DNA from: an uncultured delta proteobacterium
Lineage (GTDB): Bacteria; Myxococcota; Myxococcia; Myxococcales; Myxococcaceae
Reading direction: 5' to 3'
DNA: 64,000 bases
NCBI GenBank assembly: GCA_963796055.1
Contig: CAWCKH010000004.1
Coordinates: 1,120,001-1,184,000 of the forward strand
Within the stretch, counting starts at the first letter, position 1; every line of letters starts with the position of its first letter. Position numbers and translations under genes: made by a program. Under the pieces are notes generated by a model that was not told the origin of the DNA, did not search any database, and saw only the letters and a program-made list of their open reading frames with translations. Below are positions 1-10,647 of this stretch, piece by piece.

Positions 1-408
1 GGTGAAGAGCTTCCGCGCCAGGCCGTGCAGGCGGGCCCGGAACGCGAGCAGGGTCGAGCTGGCGAGCGCGGCGGCGAAGGCCAGCGCTGGGGCTCCCTGG
101 GCGAGGACCCCCAGCGTGAAGGCGAGCACCAGCGCCACCTCGGTGGTGAGCCCCGGGTCCGGCTCGGTCGCCCGCCAGGCCACGAGCAGGGCCAGCAGGA
201 CCACCGCGGCGCCCGCCGCGCCCAGCACCACCGCGCTTCCCGTCTGCAGCGCCACCCCGCCCAGAAGCGAAGTCAGGGCGAAGCTGCGAAGCCCGGCCCA
301 CCGGCGCGGCCGCTCGGCGTCGCGCGCCCGCTCGCGCTCGAGCCCCATCACCAGGCCCACCCCGAGCGCGACCAGCAGCCTCCATTCAGGCCGGTCCTCG
401 AACCCCAT
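1..408 (-). CDS. MgtC/SapB-family membrane protein (DUF4010-type), 3' end outside window
   Basis: Manual translation from ATG at 408: MGFEDRPEWRLLVALGVGLVMGLERERAR...AGLRSFALTSLLGG...DPGLTTEVALVL. GLERE and AGLR(S/T)F are MgtC-family motifs. Confidence 0.8.
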   Translation of the reverse strand, partial: MGFEDRPEWRLLVALGVGLVMGLERERARDAERPRRWAGLRSFALTSLLGGVALQTGSAVVLGAAGAAVVLLALLVAWRATEPDPGLTTEVALVLAFTLGVLAQGAPALAFAAALASSTLLAFRARLHGLARKLFT

Positions 409-541
409 TCGCCTGCCTACCATTGGCGGGAGCGCCCGGTCAGTGCAAGGTCGACTGCTGGCTGCAGCGGATCTGCTCCGACAACGGCGCACCTTGTTCC
501 GCCGGGCGAGGGCGTTAGGTTTCCCGACCTGGAGGTCCCGC

Positions 542-973
542 ATGCCGCTCCGCCGCATCGTGGTCGCCATCGACGGCTCGGAACCGGCCGATCGCGCGCT
601 CGATCTCGCCTCGGAGCTGGTGCGGACCGGCGACGGGGGCACGCTGACCCTCGTCTCCGCCATCTCGGATCCAGTCACCTTCGCACCGACGCCGGTCGCC
701 GGGCTGGAGATGGTGCTCGAGGCCGAGCAGCGAGGGGCCGAACGAGACCTCGCCGAGCGAGCGGAGCGCCTCCGCGCTCAGGGCCTGCGGGTCGAGACGG
801 TGGTCCGGGTGGGTGGAGCGCCCGAGGTCGTCGCCGACGTGGCTGAAGCGGCCCGTGCCGACCTGGTGGTGGCCGGGAGCACCGGCAAGGGGGCCCTCCA
901 GCGCGCCCTCCTGGGAAGTGTCACCACCCGACTCCTTCACCAGCTCCGGAGACCTCTGCTGGTCGTTCCCTGA
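542..973 (+). CDS. Universal stress protein (single USP domain)
   Basis: RIVVAIDGSEPADRAL...ADLVVAGSTGKG...LLGSVTTRLLH...PLLVVP; GGAGG before ATG 542. Confidence 0.9.
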   Translation: MPLRRIVVAIDGSEPADRALDLASELVRTGDGGTLTLVSAISDPVTFAPTPVAGLEMVLEAEQRGAERDLAERAERLRAQGLRVETVVRVGGAPEVVADVAEAARADLVVAGSTGKGALQRALLGSVTTRLLHQLRRPLLVVP

Positions 974-1010
974 TTCCCTTCACCCGCGTCCCCTGTAAGG
1001 TCCGCAACCC

Positions 1011-1364
1011 ATGGCTACCTGGACTTTCCTGACCAACCACGCCCACGTCCTCCTCTGTGTCTGGGAGGACTCCGAGGCCCGGGTCCGCGACATCGCCATG
1101 CGCGTCGGGATCACCGAGCGAGCCGTCCAGCGCATCCTCCAGGAGCTCGAGTCGGAGCAGTACCTGGTGCGCGAGCGCGTCGGCCGCCGTAACCGCTACC
1201 GCATCCGGGGTGACCGGCCCTTCCGTCACCCGGTGGAGGACCACCGCCCGGTGTCGCTCCTGCTGGACCTCATCACCAAGCGGAAGGCGCCCGGCACCCG
1301 CGCCCGCCCCGCGGCACGACGCAGCGCCCGGCCCCGGAGGACGCGAGCCCGCGCCAGACGGTAG
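1011..1364 (+). CDS. Winged-helix (MarR/AsnC-like) DNA-binding protein
   Basis: WTFLTNHAHVL...RVRDIAMRVGITERAVQRILQELE...RVGRRNRY. Confidence 0.8.
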   Translation: MATWTFLTNHAHVLLCVWEDSEARVRDIAMRVGITERAVQRILQELESEQYLVRERVGRRNRYRIRGDRPFRHPVEDHRPVSLLLDLITKRKAPGTRARPAARRSARPRRTRARARR

Positions 1365-1380
1365 GCCGAGCGGCACTGGA

Positions 1381-3732
1381 TCAGGGCTGGGTCCAGGTCC
1401 AGTCGCGTACCTCGGGCATGTCCTCGAGGTGCTCCTCGACATACGCCCGGTGCCGCTCCAGCTCCCCCCGGAACCGCTCGACCAGCTCGGAAGAGTTCTC
1501 GGGGATGCGCCGTGCACGCCGGAGCGCCTCGATGGCCAGGTGGTACCGGCTGATGCCGTTGAGCACCACCATGTCGAACGGGGTGGTGGTGGTGCCCTGC
1601 TCGCGGAAGCCGCGGACGTGGAAGCGCCCGGCGTTCGGTCGTCCGTGCAGCGTGTGGTGGATGCCGAGCGGGTAACCGTGGAAGGCGAACACCACGTCCC
1701 GATCGCGGGTGAAGAGCTGCACGAAGCGCTGCTCGTCCATCCCGTGCGGGTGCTCCTCGGGGGTGAACATCGACATGAGATCGACCAGGTTCACCACCCG
1801 GATGCGCAGCCCGGGCGCCGCGGTACGGAGCAGCCAGGTGGCGGCGAGCGTCTCCATGGTCGGCACGTCGCCGGCGCAGGCCATGACGATGTCCGGGTCG
1901 CCTTCGTCGTTGCTGGCCCACTCCCAGACCGAGGCCCCACGCTGGCAGTGGCGTTGCGCGGATTCCAGGTTCAGGTACTGGAGCTGCGGCTGCTTGTCGA
2001 TGACGATGACGTTGACGTGCGCCGCGTGCCGGAAGCAGTGGTGCGCCGTCCAGAGCAGGCAGTTGGCATCCGGCGGCAGGTAGATGCGCGAGACCGTCGG
2101 CTTCCGGGTCAGCATCGCATCGATGAAGCCCGGGCCCTGGTGGCTGAAGCCGTTGTGGTCGTTCCGCCAGCAGGTGGAGGTCAGCAGCACGTTGAGCGAG
2201 GGGACCGGCTTGCGCCACTCGAGCTTCAGCGACTCGTCCAGCCACTTGCTGTGCTGGATGGCCATGGAGGCCACCACCATCGCGAACGCCTCGTAGGTCG
2301 CGAACAGCCCGTGCCGCCCGGTGAGGATGTAGCCCTCGAGCCATCCCTCGCAGTTGTGCTCGCTCAGGACCTCCATCACCCGGCCGTCGGGGCCGAGCGA
2401 TTCGTCGGTGGGCTCGACCGGGAGCATGAAGGCGCGCTGGCTGGTCTCGAACACCGCGCCGAGGCGATTGCTGTTCGTCTCGTCGGGGCAGAAGAGGCGG
2501 AAGCGGCCCGGGTTCACCCGGTAGAGGTCGCGCATCAGCTGCCCGAGCCGCCGGGTGGACTCCTCGCGTTGCGCCGCCGGCGCTTCGACCTTCACCGCGT
2601 AGGGCTCGAGCGCCGGCATCTCCAGCGGCTCACAGGTCTCGCCGCTGGTTCTGGGGTTGGCGCTCATCCGGAGGTCGCCCCTGGGGGCCAGCGACCGCAG
2701 CTCTGGGACGAGCGAGCCGTGCGCGTCGAACAGCTCCGCCGGTCGGTAGCTCCGCATCCAGGACTCGAGGAGCTTCAGATGCTCGGGGTTGTCCCGGACG
2801 CCGGAGAGCGGGACCTGGTGCGCGCGGAATGTGCCCTGCACCTGGACCCCGTCCACGACGTCGGGACCGGTCCACCCCTTCGGCGTCCGGAGCACCAGCG
2901 CGGGCCAGCGCGGACGCCCCTTCACCCCCGAGCTGCGGGCCTCCTTCTGGATCCGGCGGATGCGCTCCAGGCAGCCGTCGAGCGCGGCGGCGAGCGCCTG
3001 GTGCACGCGTGGGGGGTCATTCCCCTCGACGAACAGCACCTCGTATCCGTGGCCCTCGAGGAGCGAACGGACCTGTGCATCGCTCGAGCGCCCGAGCACC
3101 GTGGCGCTGGAGATCTTGTATCCGTTGAGGTGGAGGATGGGCAGGACCGCGCCGTCGCGGGCCGGGTTCAGGTAGGTGATGCCCTTCCAGCTGCCCTCCA
3201 AGGGTCCGGTCTCCGCCTCGCCGTCGCCCACCACCGCGATGGCGACCAGGTCGGGGTCGTCGAACACCGCGCCGAAGGCGTGGGTCAGCACGTAGCCCAG
3301 CTCGCCGCCCTCGTGGATGGAGCCCGGGGTGGGGGCGCTCACGTGGCTGGGGATGCCACCCGGCGTGGAGAACTGGCGGAAGAGCCGTCGCATCCCCACC
3401 CCGTCGGGCGTCACCCGCGGGTAGAGCTCGCTGTACGTGCCCTCGAGGTAGGTGCAGGCGACGATCGCCGGCCCGCCGTGTCCCGGTCCCGCGAGGTAGA
3501 TGGCCGGGAAGGCGTCGCGCCGGATGAGCCGGTTGAGGTGCGCGTAGATCAGGCTCAGGCCCGGGCTGGTGCCCCAGTGGCCGAGGAGGCGGGGCTTGAT
3601 GTGCTCGGGGCGGAGCGGCTCGCGGAGCAGCGGGTTGTCCTGGAGGTAGATCTGCCCGACGGTCAGGTAGTTGGCCGCGCGCCACCAGGCGTCGATCAGC
3701 CGCAGTTCCTCGGGGGTGAGCGCGTCAGGCAT
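1381..3732 (-). CDS. xfp: Xylulose-5-P/fructose-6-P phosphoketolase
   Basis: [63 protein letters not shown]. Confidence 0.95.
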   Translation of the reverse strand: MPDALTPEELRLIDAWWRAANYLTVGQIYLQDNPLLREPLRPEHIKPRLLGHWGTSPGLSLIYAHLNRLIRRDAFPAIYLAGPGHGGPAIVACTYLEGTYSELYPRVTPDGVGMRRLFRQFSTPGGIPSHVSAPTPGSIHEGGELGYVLTHAFGAVFDDPDLVAIAVVGDGEAETGPLEGSWKGITYLNPARDGAVLPILHLNGYKISSATVLGRSSDAQVRSLLEGHGYEVLFVEGNDPPRVHQALAAALDGCLERIRRIQKEARSSGVKGRPRWPALVLRTPKGWTGPDVVDGVQVQGTFRAHQVPLSGVRDNPEHLKLLESWMRSYRPAELFDAHGSLVPELRSLAPRGDLRMSANPRTSGETCEPLEMPALEPYAVKVEAPAAQREESTRRLGQLMRDLYRVNPGRFRLFCPDETNSNRLGAVFETSQRAFMLPVEPTDESLGPDGRVMEVLSEHNCEGWLEGYILTGRHGLFATYEAFAMVVASMAIQHSKWLDESLKLEWRKPVPSLNVLLTSTCWRNDHNGFSHQGPGFIDAMLTRKPTVSRIYLPPDANCLLWTAHHCFRHAAHVNVIVIDKQPQLQYLNLESAQRHCQRGASVWEWASNDEGDPDIVMACAGDVPTMETLAATWLLRTAAPGLRIRVVNLVDLMSMFTPEEHPHGMDEQRFVQLFTRDRDVVFAFHGYPLGIHHTLHGRPNAGRFHVRGFREQGTTTTPFDMVVLNGISRYHLAIEALRRARRIPENSSELVERFRGELERHRAYVEEHLEDMPEVRDWTWTQP

Positions 3733-3925
3733 CGGTCGGCCTCCGGTCTCGTCAGTCGTCGAGCCCCTTCTACGCGCTCTGCGCCGGGCTGGCAGACCCT
3801 GAACGGCCCCCGTGGCAATCGTGCGACATCCCCGGTGCTCGGCCGCTCCTGAACCGGGCCGCCCCGTCGATGGGCCATTCCCACTCCCGGAGCGGGCGGG
3901 CTGCTGCCTAGTGTGCACCCCGCGC

Positions 3926-5041
3926 GTGGCTCCCGTCCTGGTGGTGAACGTCGGTTCGAGCAGCTTCAAGTGGTCGGCCCTGGAGGACGACGGGACGCCC
4001 ATCGCCTCGGGCAACGAGGCCTGGACGCCATCGAGCGACTCCTCCGCGGAGCATGTCGCGGGCGCGCTCCAGCGCGTGGGGCGGCCACGTGCCATCGGCC
4101 ACCGGATGGTGCATGGCGGGCCGGCCTTCAGCGGTCCGGTCCGGCTCGACGCGGCCGTCCGGGAGACGCTGGAGAGGCTGCGGCCGCTCGCCCCGAAGCA
4201 CATGGCACCGGCGCTGGCCTCGGTGGACGCCTGCACCCGGCTGCTTCCCGACGTTCCCCAGGTCTGCGCGTTCGACACCGCCTTCCACGCCACCATGCCC
4301 GAGGAGGCGCGGCTCTACGCGGTGCCACCGGCCTGGGCCGAGCCGCTCTCGCTGCGCCGCTACGGCTTTCACGGGCTGAGCGTGGCCCACGCGGTGCGGC
4401 GGACGGAGGCGCTGCTGGGGGCGCTGCCTCCACGGGTCGTGGTCTGCCACCTCGGCAGCGGCGCCTCGGTCACCGCGGTCCGCGAGGGGCGCTCCGCCGA
4501 CAACAGCATGGGCTACACCCCGCTGGACGGCCTGGTGATGGCCACCCGGGCCGGGCACCTGGATCCGGGCGCGGTCCTCGCCCTCGCCGAGCACCTCGGG
4601 ACGGCGCCGGGTCCTCTCGCGGAGCGGCTGGAGAACGAGTGCGGCCTCCTCGCGCTCGCCGGCACCGCAGACCTGAGGGAGGTGCTCGAGCGGGCCGACC
4701 GCGGCGAGCCGCCCGCCCGTACCGCCTACGGCGTCTACCTCACCGCGCTGGTCCGGACGGTGGGGAGCGCGGTGGGCATCCTCGGCGGGCTCGACGTGCT
4801 GGTGTTCACCGGCGGGGTGGGTGAGCACTCGGCGCGGGTGCGGGACGACGTGTGCCGGGCGTTCGCCTTCACCGGGGTGGCGCTCGACCGGGATCGGAAC
4901 GAGGCACCCGAGGGCGATGCGGATCTCGCACAGGCGGCGGCCCCGGTCCGGGTGCTGCGGATCATCGCTCGGGAGGACCTGAGCGTCCTGGTAGACGTGC
5001 ACCGGGTGCTGGGGAGAGCCCGATCGGCCGACTCCGGCTGA
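3926..5041 (+). CDS. ackA: Acetate/propionate kinase
   Basis: [60 protein letters not shown]; start GTG 3926 or 3911. Confidence 0.92.
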   Translation: MAPVLVVNVGSSSFKWSALEDDGTPIASGNEAWTPSSDSSAEHVAGALQRVGRPRAIGHRMVHGGPAFSGPVRLDAAVRETLERLRPLAPKHMAPALASVDACTRLLPDVPQVCAFDTAFHATMPEEARLYAVPPAWAEPLSLRRYGFHGLSVAHAVRRTEALLGALPPRVVVCHLGSGASVTAVREGRSADNSMGYTPLDGLVMATRAGHLDPGAVLALAEHLGTAPGPLAERLENECGLLALAGTADLREVLERADRGEPPARTAYGVYLTALVRTVGSAVGILGGLDVLVFTGGVGEHSARVRDDVCRAFAFTGVALDRDRNEAPEGDADLAQAAAPVRVLRIIAREDLSVLVDVHRVLGRARSADSG

Positions 5042-5137
5042 GTCACTCCAAGCAGGGCACCACCCAGCAGCTCACGTCCCTGCTCCTCGACTGCGGAAGC
5101 CGAGCCTGCGCAAGCTGGGCCGAACGAGGTCTCCTCG

Positions 5138-6511
5138 ATGAGCGACGCACTCTTCTGGCATCGCCTGCACTTCGGCTTCACCGTCACCTACCACTACCTC
5201 TTCCCTCAGCTGACGATGGGGCTGGCGCTGCTCATCCTCCTCTTCAAGTGGCGGGCGTTCCGGACCGGCAGCGCGCTCCACGCCGACGCGGCACGCTTCT
5301 GGGCCCGCATCTTCGGCGTGGCGTTCGCGATGGGGGTCGTCACCGGCATCCCGCTGGAGTTCCAGTTCGGGACCAACTGGTCGCGCTTCAGCCAGTTCGC
5401 GGGGGGAGTCATCGGTCAGACCCTGGCGATGGAGGGCATCTTCGCCTTCTTCCTCGAGTCCACCTTCCTCGGCCTCTTCCTCTACGGTGAGAAGCGGTTC
5501 GGCCCGCGGATGCACCTGGCCTCGGCCGCGGCGCTCTGGGCCGGAAGCTGGCTGTCCGGGTACTTCATCATCGCCACCAACGCCTTCATGCAGTCGCCGG
5601 TGGGCCACTCCATCGGTCCGGACGGCCGGCTTCAGCTCGCCGACTTCTGGGCCTTCGTCCTCAACCCCTGGGCCATCTGGCAGTACCTCCACAACATGAC
5701 CGCCTCGGTGGTGACCGCCTCCTTCGTCGTGGCCGGGGTGGGGGCGTTCTGGTCGCTGTCGGGGCGCCACCGCGAGGCTGCCACCCTGGCGCTCCGCACC
5801 GGGGTCATCGCCGGCCTGGTGGCCTCGTGCCTCCTCATCTTCCCCACCGGAGACCGCAACGGGAAGCTGGTGGCCGAGAAGCAGCCGGCGACCTTGGCGG
5901 CGATGGAGGGCCTCTTCGAGAGCAAGCCCGAGGCCGAGCTGGCCATCATCGGCCAGCCCAACGTCCAGCAGCGCCGGCTCGAGAACCCGATCGTCGTCCC
6001 GGGGATGCTGAGCTTCCTGGTCTACGGGAGCTTCGGGAGCACCGTCACCGGACTCGACGACATCCCGCGAGACCGGTGGCCGGACAACATCGAGCTGCTC
6101 TACTACGCCTACCACGTGATGGCGGGGCTGGGGACGCTGCTCATCGCCCTGCTCGCGCTCGCCGTCCTGCAGCTCTGGCGCGGGCGTCTCGAGACCTCGC
6201 GGCCGCTGCTCTGGGCGCTGATGCTCGCCATGCCCTTCCCGTACATCGCCACCACCGCCGGATGGATGACCGCGGAGCTGGGACGGCAGCCGTGGCTGGT
6301 CTACGGGCTGATGCGAACCGCCGAGGGCACCTCGGCGCAGGTCTCGGCCGGCAACACCCTCTTCACCCTCCTCGGCTTCTCGGGCCTCTATCTGGTGATG
6401 GGCATCCTCTTCCTCTACCTGGTCGGACGGGAGATCGCCCACGGACCGGGTGGAGCACACGGCGCCATCGAGGCCGCGGAGCACTCGCCGCTCGCCGGGG
6501 AGGCCGTCTGA
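5138..6511 (+). CDS. cydA: Cytochrome bd ubiquinol oxidase subunit I
   Basis: FGFTVTYHYLFP, EFQFGTNW, FFLESTFLG, QPATLAAMEG, GWMTAELGRQPW. Confidence 0.95.
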   Translation: MSDALFWHRLHFGFTVTYHYLFPQLTMGLALLILLFKWRAFRTGSALHADAARFWARIFGVAFAMGVVTGIPLEFQFGTNWSRFSQFAGGVIGQTLAMEGIFAFFLESTFLGLFLYGEKRFGPRMHLASAAALWAGSWLSGYFIIATNAFMQSPVGHSIGPDGRLQLADFWAFVLNPWAIWQYLHNMTASVVTASFVVAGVGAFWSLSGRHREAATLALRTGVIAGLVASCLLIFPTGDRNGKLVAEKQPATLAAMEGLFESKPEAELAIIGQPNVQQRRLENPIVVPGMLSFLVYGSFGSTVTGLDDIPRDRWPDNIELLYYAYHVMAGLGTLLIALLALAVLQLWRGRLETSRPLLWALMLAMPFPYIATTAGWMTAELGRQPWLVYGLMRTAEGTSAQVSAGNTLFTLLGFSGLYLVMGILFLYLVGREIAHGPGGAHGAIEAAEHSPLAGEAV

Positions 6512-7584
6512 TGGAGGCGCTCTGGTTCGGCATCGTCGCCGGCATGCTCGCGGTGTACGTGGTCCTCGACGGCTTCGACTTCGGGGCCGGCTTCCTGCAC
6601 CTGGCGGTGGCCCGGACCGACGCCGAGCGACGCACCGTGCTCGCCGCCATCGGCCCGGTCTGGGATGGAAACGAGGTCTGGCTGATCGCCGGCGGGGGCG
6701 CGCTCTTCATGGCCTTTCCCACGGCGTACGCGGTGGGCTTCGCCGGATTTTACCTGCCGCTGATGCTCCTGCTCTGGGTGCTCATCCTCCGCGGCCTGTC
6801 CATCGAGCTCCGCGGCCACGTCACCAACCCGCTCTGGGCGGCGTTCTGGGACACCTGCTTCGCGCTGGGAAGCACGCTCATCGCCATCGTCCTCGGGGCT
6901 GCGCTGGGCAACGTGCTGCGCGGAGTGCCGCTGGACGCGACGGGCACGTTCCACGTCGCGCTTTGGGACAGCTTCTGGCCGGGGAAGGACTCCGGAGTCC
7001 TCGATGCCTACACCGTGCCGGTGGGCGTCTTCACCCTGCTCGCGCTCGGAGGACATGGGGGGCTGTACCTGGCGCTCAAGACCGACGGAGCGGTTCAGGC
7101 GCGAAGCCTGCGCGCAGCCCGCCTCCTCTGGGTCGGCGCCGGCATCCTCTTCCCGCTGGTGACCTGGGGCACGCTGCGGGTCTCGCCCGAGCTGCTGCCC
7201 GCCGCCGCGGGGCGTCCGCTGGTCTGGGTGCTCCTCACGGTCCAGCTGGCCTCGGTCGCCGCGCTTGTCTCGGGACTGGTGCGCCGCCGCCCGGGGCTCG
7301 GCTTCCTCGGCTCGGCGGGGACGCTCTTCACCATGCTCGGAACGGCCGCCGCTGCGCGCTGGCCGGTGCTGCTCCGCTCGAGCCTGGGCCCCTCCTTCTC
7401 CCTCGATGCGTTCGCGGCCGCCACCACCCACCATGGGCTCCGCGTGGCTCTGAGCTGGTCGATGCTCGGGCTTCCGCTGGCCTGCGGCTACTTCCTGTTC
7501 CTGGCGCGGCTGTTCCGCGGCAAGGTCCAGGTGGCCCCGGAATCCGCACCGGACGGTCCGGCCAGGGGGCGCGCCGGGCCCTGA
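6511..7584 (+). CDS. cydB: Cytochrome bd ubiquinol oxidase subunit II
   Basis: YVVLDGFDFGAG, IGPVWDGNEVWLI; TGATG overlap with cydA stop. Confidence 0.95.
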   Translation: MEALWFGIVAGMLAVYVVLDGFDFGAGFLHLAVARTDAERRTVLAAIGPVWDGNEVWLIAGGGALFMAFPTAYAVGFAGFYLPLMLLLWVLILRGLSIELRGHVTNPLWAAFWDTCFALGSTLIAIVLGAALGNVLRGVPLDATGTFHVALWDSFWPGKDSGVLDAYTVPVGVFTLLALGGHGGLYLALKTDGAVQARSLRAARLLWVGAGILFPLVTWGTLRVSPELLPAAAGRPLVWVLLTVQLASVAALVSGLVRRRPGLGFLGSAGTLFTMLGTAAAARWPVLLRSSLGPSFSLDAFAAATTHHGLRVALSWSMLGLPLACGYFLFLARLFRGKVQVAPESAPDGPARGRAGP

Positions 7585-7630
7585 CTGCGCCCGGGCACCG
7601 CCGGGGTCGATGGGGTACGCTGGGGCGACC

Positions 7631-7930
7631 GTGTCGAGGACGCTCCCCCTCCTTCTGCTGGTTGCGCTGGCCAGCCCCGCCCGGGCGCAGCCCGCCATCC
7701 CGGTGGAGGTGCAGGTCGGCAAGACGGCCAAGGTGAACGTCGGCCTGGCGCAGGGGCTGAACTGCGACGACCTCGGCGTGGTGGACGCGAAGCTCGTCCC
7801 CGCCAAGGACAAGAAGACCCTGTTCCTGGTGCTGAAGGGCAAGGCCGCGGGCGACACCTACTGCCGCGCCGGCACCGGCCTGGGCGCGACCGTGCTGGTG
7901 CACGTCACGGTGAGCGAGCCCCCGCTCTGA
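7631..7930 (+). CDS. Small exported hypothetical protein
   Basis: Signal peptide ending ARA, beta-rich mature part with two Cys, strongly G/C third-position codons. Confidence 0.6.
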   Translation: MSRTLPLLLLVALASPARAQPAIPVEVQVGKTAKVNVGLAQGLNCDDLGVVDAKLVPAKDKKTLFLVLKGKAAGDTYCRAGTGLGATVLVHVTVSEPPL

Positions 7931-8044
7931 CGCGCGCCGGAGGGCTCTGCGCACAGTCGTCGCGAGAACACCGGAGCGCAGGGCAGCACCGGCCCGGCCG
8001 AGCGGTCCACTAGCGTCCCTCGCCGCTCCTGCCCCGGAGGCCCC

Positions 8045-8449
8045 TTGCCCAGCCCCCACGCGCCCGCCGCCGGCGTCGTGAGCAAGCCCAGCCCGCGCAG
8101 TGCCGGCGAGACGCTGGACCGGCTCCTGAAGGTGATCCGTTCCCGCGGGCTGACGCACTTCGCGAGCATCGACCACGCTGCCGGGGCCGCCGCCGTCGGG
8201 CTCTCGCTCCGGCCGGCCACGGTGGTCATCTTCGGCAACGCGCGGGCGGGGACACCACTCATGTCCGCGGTCCCGCTGCTCGCGCTCGAGCTCCCGCTTC
8301 GGGTCCTGGTCTGGGAGGACGCGGAGGGACGGGCACAGCTGAGCTACCTGGACCCGGCCTGGCTCGGCGAGCGCTACGGGCTCGAGGCCGGCCAGATGCA
8401 CGCGCTCGATGGCGTGCACGCCGTCACCGACGCCGCGGTGGCTCCCTGA
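8045..8449 (+). CDS. DUF302 family protein
   Basis: FASIDHAAGA...VIFGNARAGTPLM...LELPLRVLVWED. Confidence 0.85.
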   Translation: MPSPHAPAAGVVSKPSPRSAGETLDRLLKVIRSRGLTHFASIDHAAGAAAVGLSLRPATVVIFGNARAGTPLMSAVPLLALELPLRVLVWEDAEGRAQLSYLDPAWLGERYGLEAGQMHALDGVHAVTDAAVAP

Positions 8450-8458
8450 GGCGCCCGC

Positions 8459-8815
8459 TCAGCCCCGGCCGGAAGCGTCCTCGACGTTGATGGTCGCCCA
8501 GGGCAGCGCCTCCAGCCGGGCGAGGGGGATGGGCTCACCGGTGACGTCGCTCAACCCGTAGGAGCCCTCGGCGAGCTTGGCCAGGGCGCGGTTCACCTGA
8601 GCGAGCTGCGCCCGCTCACCCGTGGTGAGGGTGTTCCGGGTCGTCCGTTCCACCTGTTCCTCCGCGACGTCGGCGGCGTCACCCGGGTCGGCGAGGCCGG
8701 GCATCTCCGGCGGCGCGTCCGAGTTGGTGAGCCCGAGCAGCCGGGCGCGCTCGCGCTGCAGCCGCTCCTCGAACCGGGCCAGCTGGTTCCGTGTCAGCTG
8801 CGGGGTGGAGGCCAT
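8459..8815 (-). CDS. TraR/DksA-family protein lacking zinc-finger cysteines
   Basis: Coiled coil with DPGDAA tip, then RALAKLAEGSYGLSDVTGEPIPLARLEALPWA. Confidence 0.8.
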   Translation of the reverse strand: MASTPQLTRNQLARFEERLQRERARLLGLTNSDAPPEMPGLADPGDAADVAEEQVERTTRNTLTTGERAQLAQVNRALAKLAEGSYGLSDVTGEPIPLARLEALPWATINVEDASGRG

Positions 8816-8891
8816 GGTGGGGGGACCCTAGCACCCCTCCCAGGTGACAGCGGACGCGCTTACCCTCTCTGGCGGTGAAGGCCGACCGACC

Positions 8892-9971
8892 ATGAACACC
8901 TTTCGCACGCTCTTCGGGGCGGACCCCGAGGTGACGGCCGAGGCCCCCGGGCGAGCGAACCTCATCGGGGAGCACACCGACTACTCGGGGGGCTACGTGC
9001 TGCCGGTCACCATCCCGCAGAGGACGCGGGTGGAGCTGCGCCGGCGCGCGGATGCCACCGCCCGGGTGCACTCGGTGCAGCTGCGGAGGACGGAGGAGTA
9101 CCGGGTGGGCGCCGAGGCCCCGCGCCACGACTGGCTGGACTACGTCCAGGGCGTGACCGCGGTGGCGCGGCCCAGGCCACTCGGCGGGTTCGAGGCGTGG
9201 ATCGACTCCGACGTGCCACCGGGCGGCGGGCTGGCGTCGAGCGCGGCGCTGGGGGTGTCGATGCTCCGCGCGCTCCGGCAGGCCTTCGGATGGGAGCTGG
9301 ACGACGTGCGGCTGGCGCTGCTCGAACAGCGGGCCGAGGTGGAGTTCGTGGGTGCCCCGGTGGGGGTGATGGATCCGATGGTCTCGAGCCTCGGCGGTCC
9401 GCGGGCGGCGCTGCTCATCGACACCCAGTCGCTCCTCACCGAGTCCATTCCGCTCCCCCGAGGGCTGGCGATCGCGGTCGTGCACTCCGGCATCTCGCAC
9501 GACCACGCCAGCGGCGAGTACCGGGCCCGACGCAACGAATGCGAGGAGGCCACGCGGGCGCTGGGGGTGACCAGCCTCCGGTCGCTCTCGGTGGCGGAGC
9601 TGCCGCGGCTGGAGCTGCTCCCGCCCCCGCTCGACCGCCGGGCCCGCCACGTGGTGACCGAGAACGCGCGGGTGCTGGAGGCAGTGCAGGCGCTACGGTC
9701 CGGGGAGCTCGAGCGGCTGGGGGCGCTGCTCGCGGCGTCCCATCGTTCGCTGCGCGACGACCATCAGGTCAGCGTGCCCGACCTGGACCGCCTGGTGACG
9801 CTCGCCGCGGAGGCTCCGGGGGTCTTCGGCGCGCGGCTGACGGGGGGCGGGTTCGGCGGGGCCATCGTCGTCGCCGCGCGGCCGGAGGGCTTGCGCGCCT
9901 CGATGGAGCGGGTGGCGGAGCGGTACCGGGTGCAGACTGGACGCACCGCGACCGTTCTCGTCCCGGTCTGA
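8892..9971 (+). CDS. galK: Galactokinase
   Basis: APGRANLIGEHTDY, VPPGGGLASSAA, GARLTGGGFGG. Confidence 0.9.
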   Translation: MNTFRTLFGADPEVTAEAPGRANLIGEHTDYSGGYVLPVTIPQRTRVELRRRADATARVHSVQLRRTEEYRVGAEAPRHDWLDYVQGVTAVARPRPLGGFEAWIDSDVPPGGGLASSAALGVSMLRALRQAFGWELDDVRLALLEQRAEVEFVGAPVGVMDPMVSSLGGPRAALLIDTQSLLTESIPLPRGLAIAVVHSGISHDHASGEYRARRNECEEATRALGVTSLRSLSVAELPRLELLPPPLDRRARHVVTENARVLEAVQALRSGELERLGALLAASHRSLRDDHQVSVPDLDRLVTLAAEAPGVFGARLTGGGFGGAIVVAARPEGLRASMERVAERYRVQTGRTATVLVPV

Positions 9972-10220
9972 AGACGCCTGCGGCCCGCGGGTCGCGCGCG
10001 ACGCGCAGCAGCGGATGCTGGAGGAGCAGGTCGCACTTCACCCCATCCGCCCCCGGACGCGGCAGCACGTCGGGAGCTGGACAGCGCCTGTTTTCGTGCT
10101 CTTTTCAGTGGGGAGACCCCATTGCAGGCTCGGTGGCGCAAGCAGACTGCCCTTCCCGACGCCCGGGCAGGTCAGGCGTTCACGGTCGAACGACCGGTGT
10201 CCACGAGGTTGGAGGAGACT

Positions 10221-10625
10221 TTGCCCGATGTCGCCCTGCCGATAGACGCGCCCGACATGGGGCCTGGAAGCGTCCTGCTGGTCGAGGACGACGCCGACAT
10301 CCGGGAGGCGCTCACCGACGTGCTCCAGATGGAGCGCTGGACCGTGGAGCCGGCGGCGAACGGCAAGCTCGCTCTGGACCGTCTTCGCGCTGGACCGCCG
10401 CCGGACCTGATGCTCCTGGATCTCATGATGCCGGTGATGGACGGCTTCGAGCTGCTGGAACAGCTGCGCGGTGAGCCGGGTCCGTCGACGGTGGTGCTCT
10501 CCGCGAGCCGGGACGTGGACCGGGTCCGGGAGCATCCCCTGGTCCGGGCCACGCTGGGTAAGCCGGTCGAGGTCGGGGTGCTGCTCGGGCTGCTCGAGCG
10601 GTTGCGCCGGGCCGATCAGGGCTGA
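10221..10625 (+). CDS. Single-domain response regulator
   Basis: VLLVEDD...PDLMLLDLMMPVMDG...KPV; TTG after GGAGGA (alternative ATG 10257). Confidence 0.85.
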   Translation: MPDVALPIDAPDMGPGSVLLVEDDADIREALTDVLQMERWTVEPAANGKLALDRLRAGPPPDLMLLDLMMPVMDGFELLEQLRGEPGPSTVVLSASRDVDRVREHPLVRATLGKPVEVGVLLGLLERLRRADQG

Positions 10626-10647
10626 GGCAAGGCAGGGGGAGGTTCCC

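Noticed and set aside
1057..3852. 931-aa plus-strand ORF
   Set aside because: Antisense shadow of xfp, typical of high-GC DNA; no motifs.
10015..10245. 76-aa ORF between galK and response regulator
   Set aside because: No motif, RBS or convincing codon pattern.
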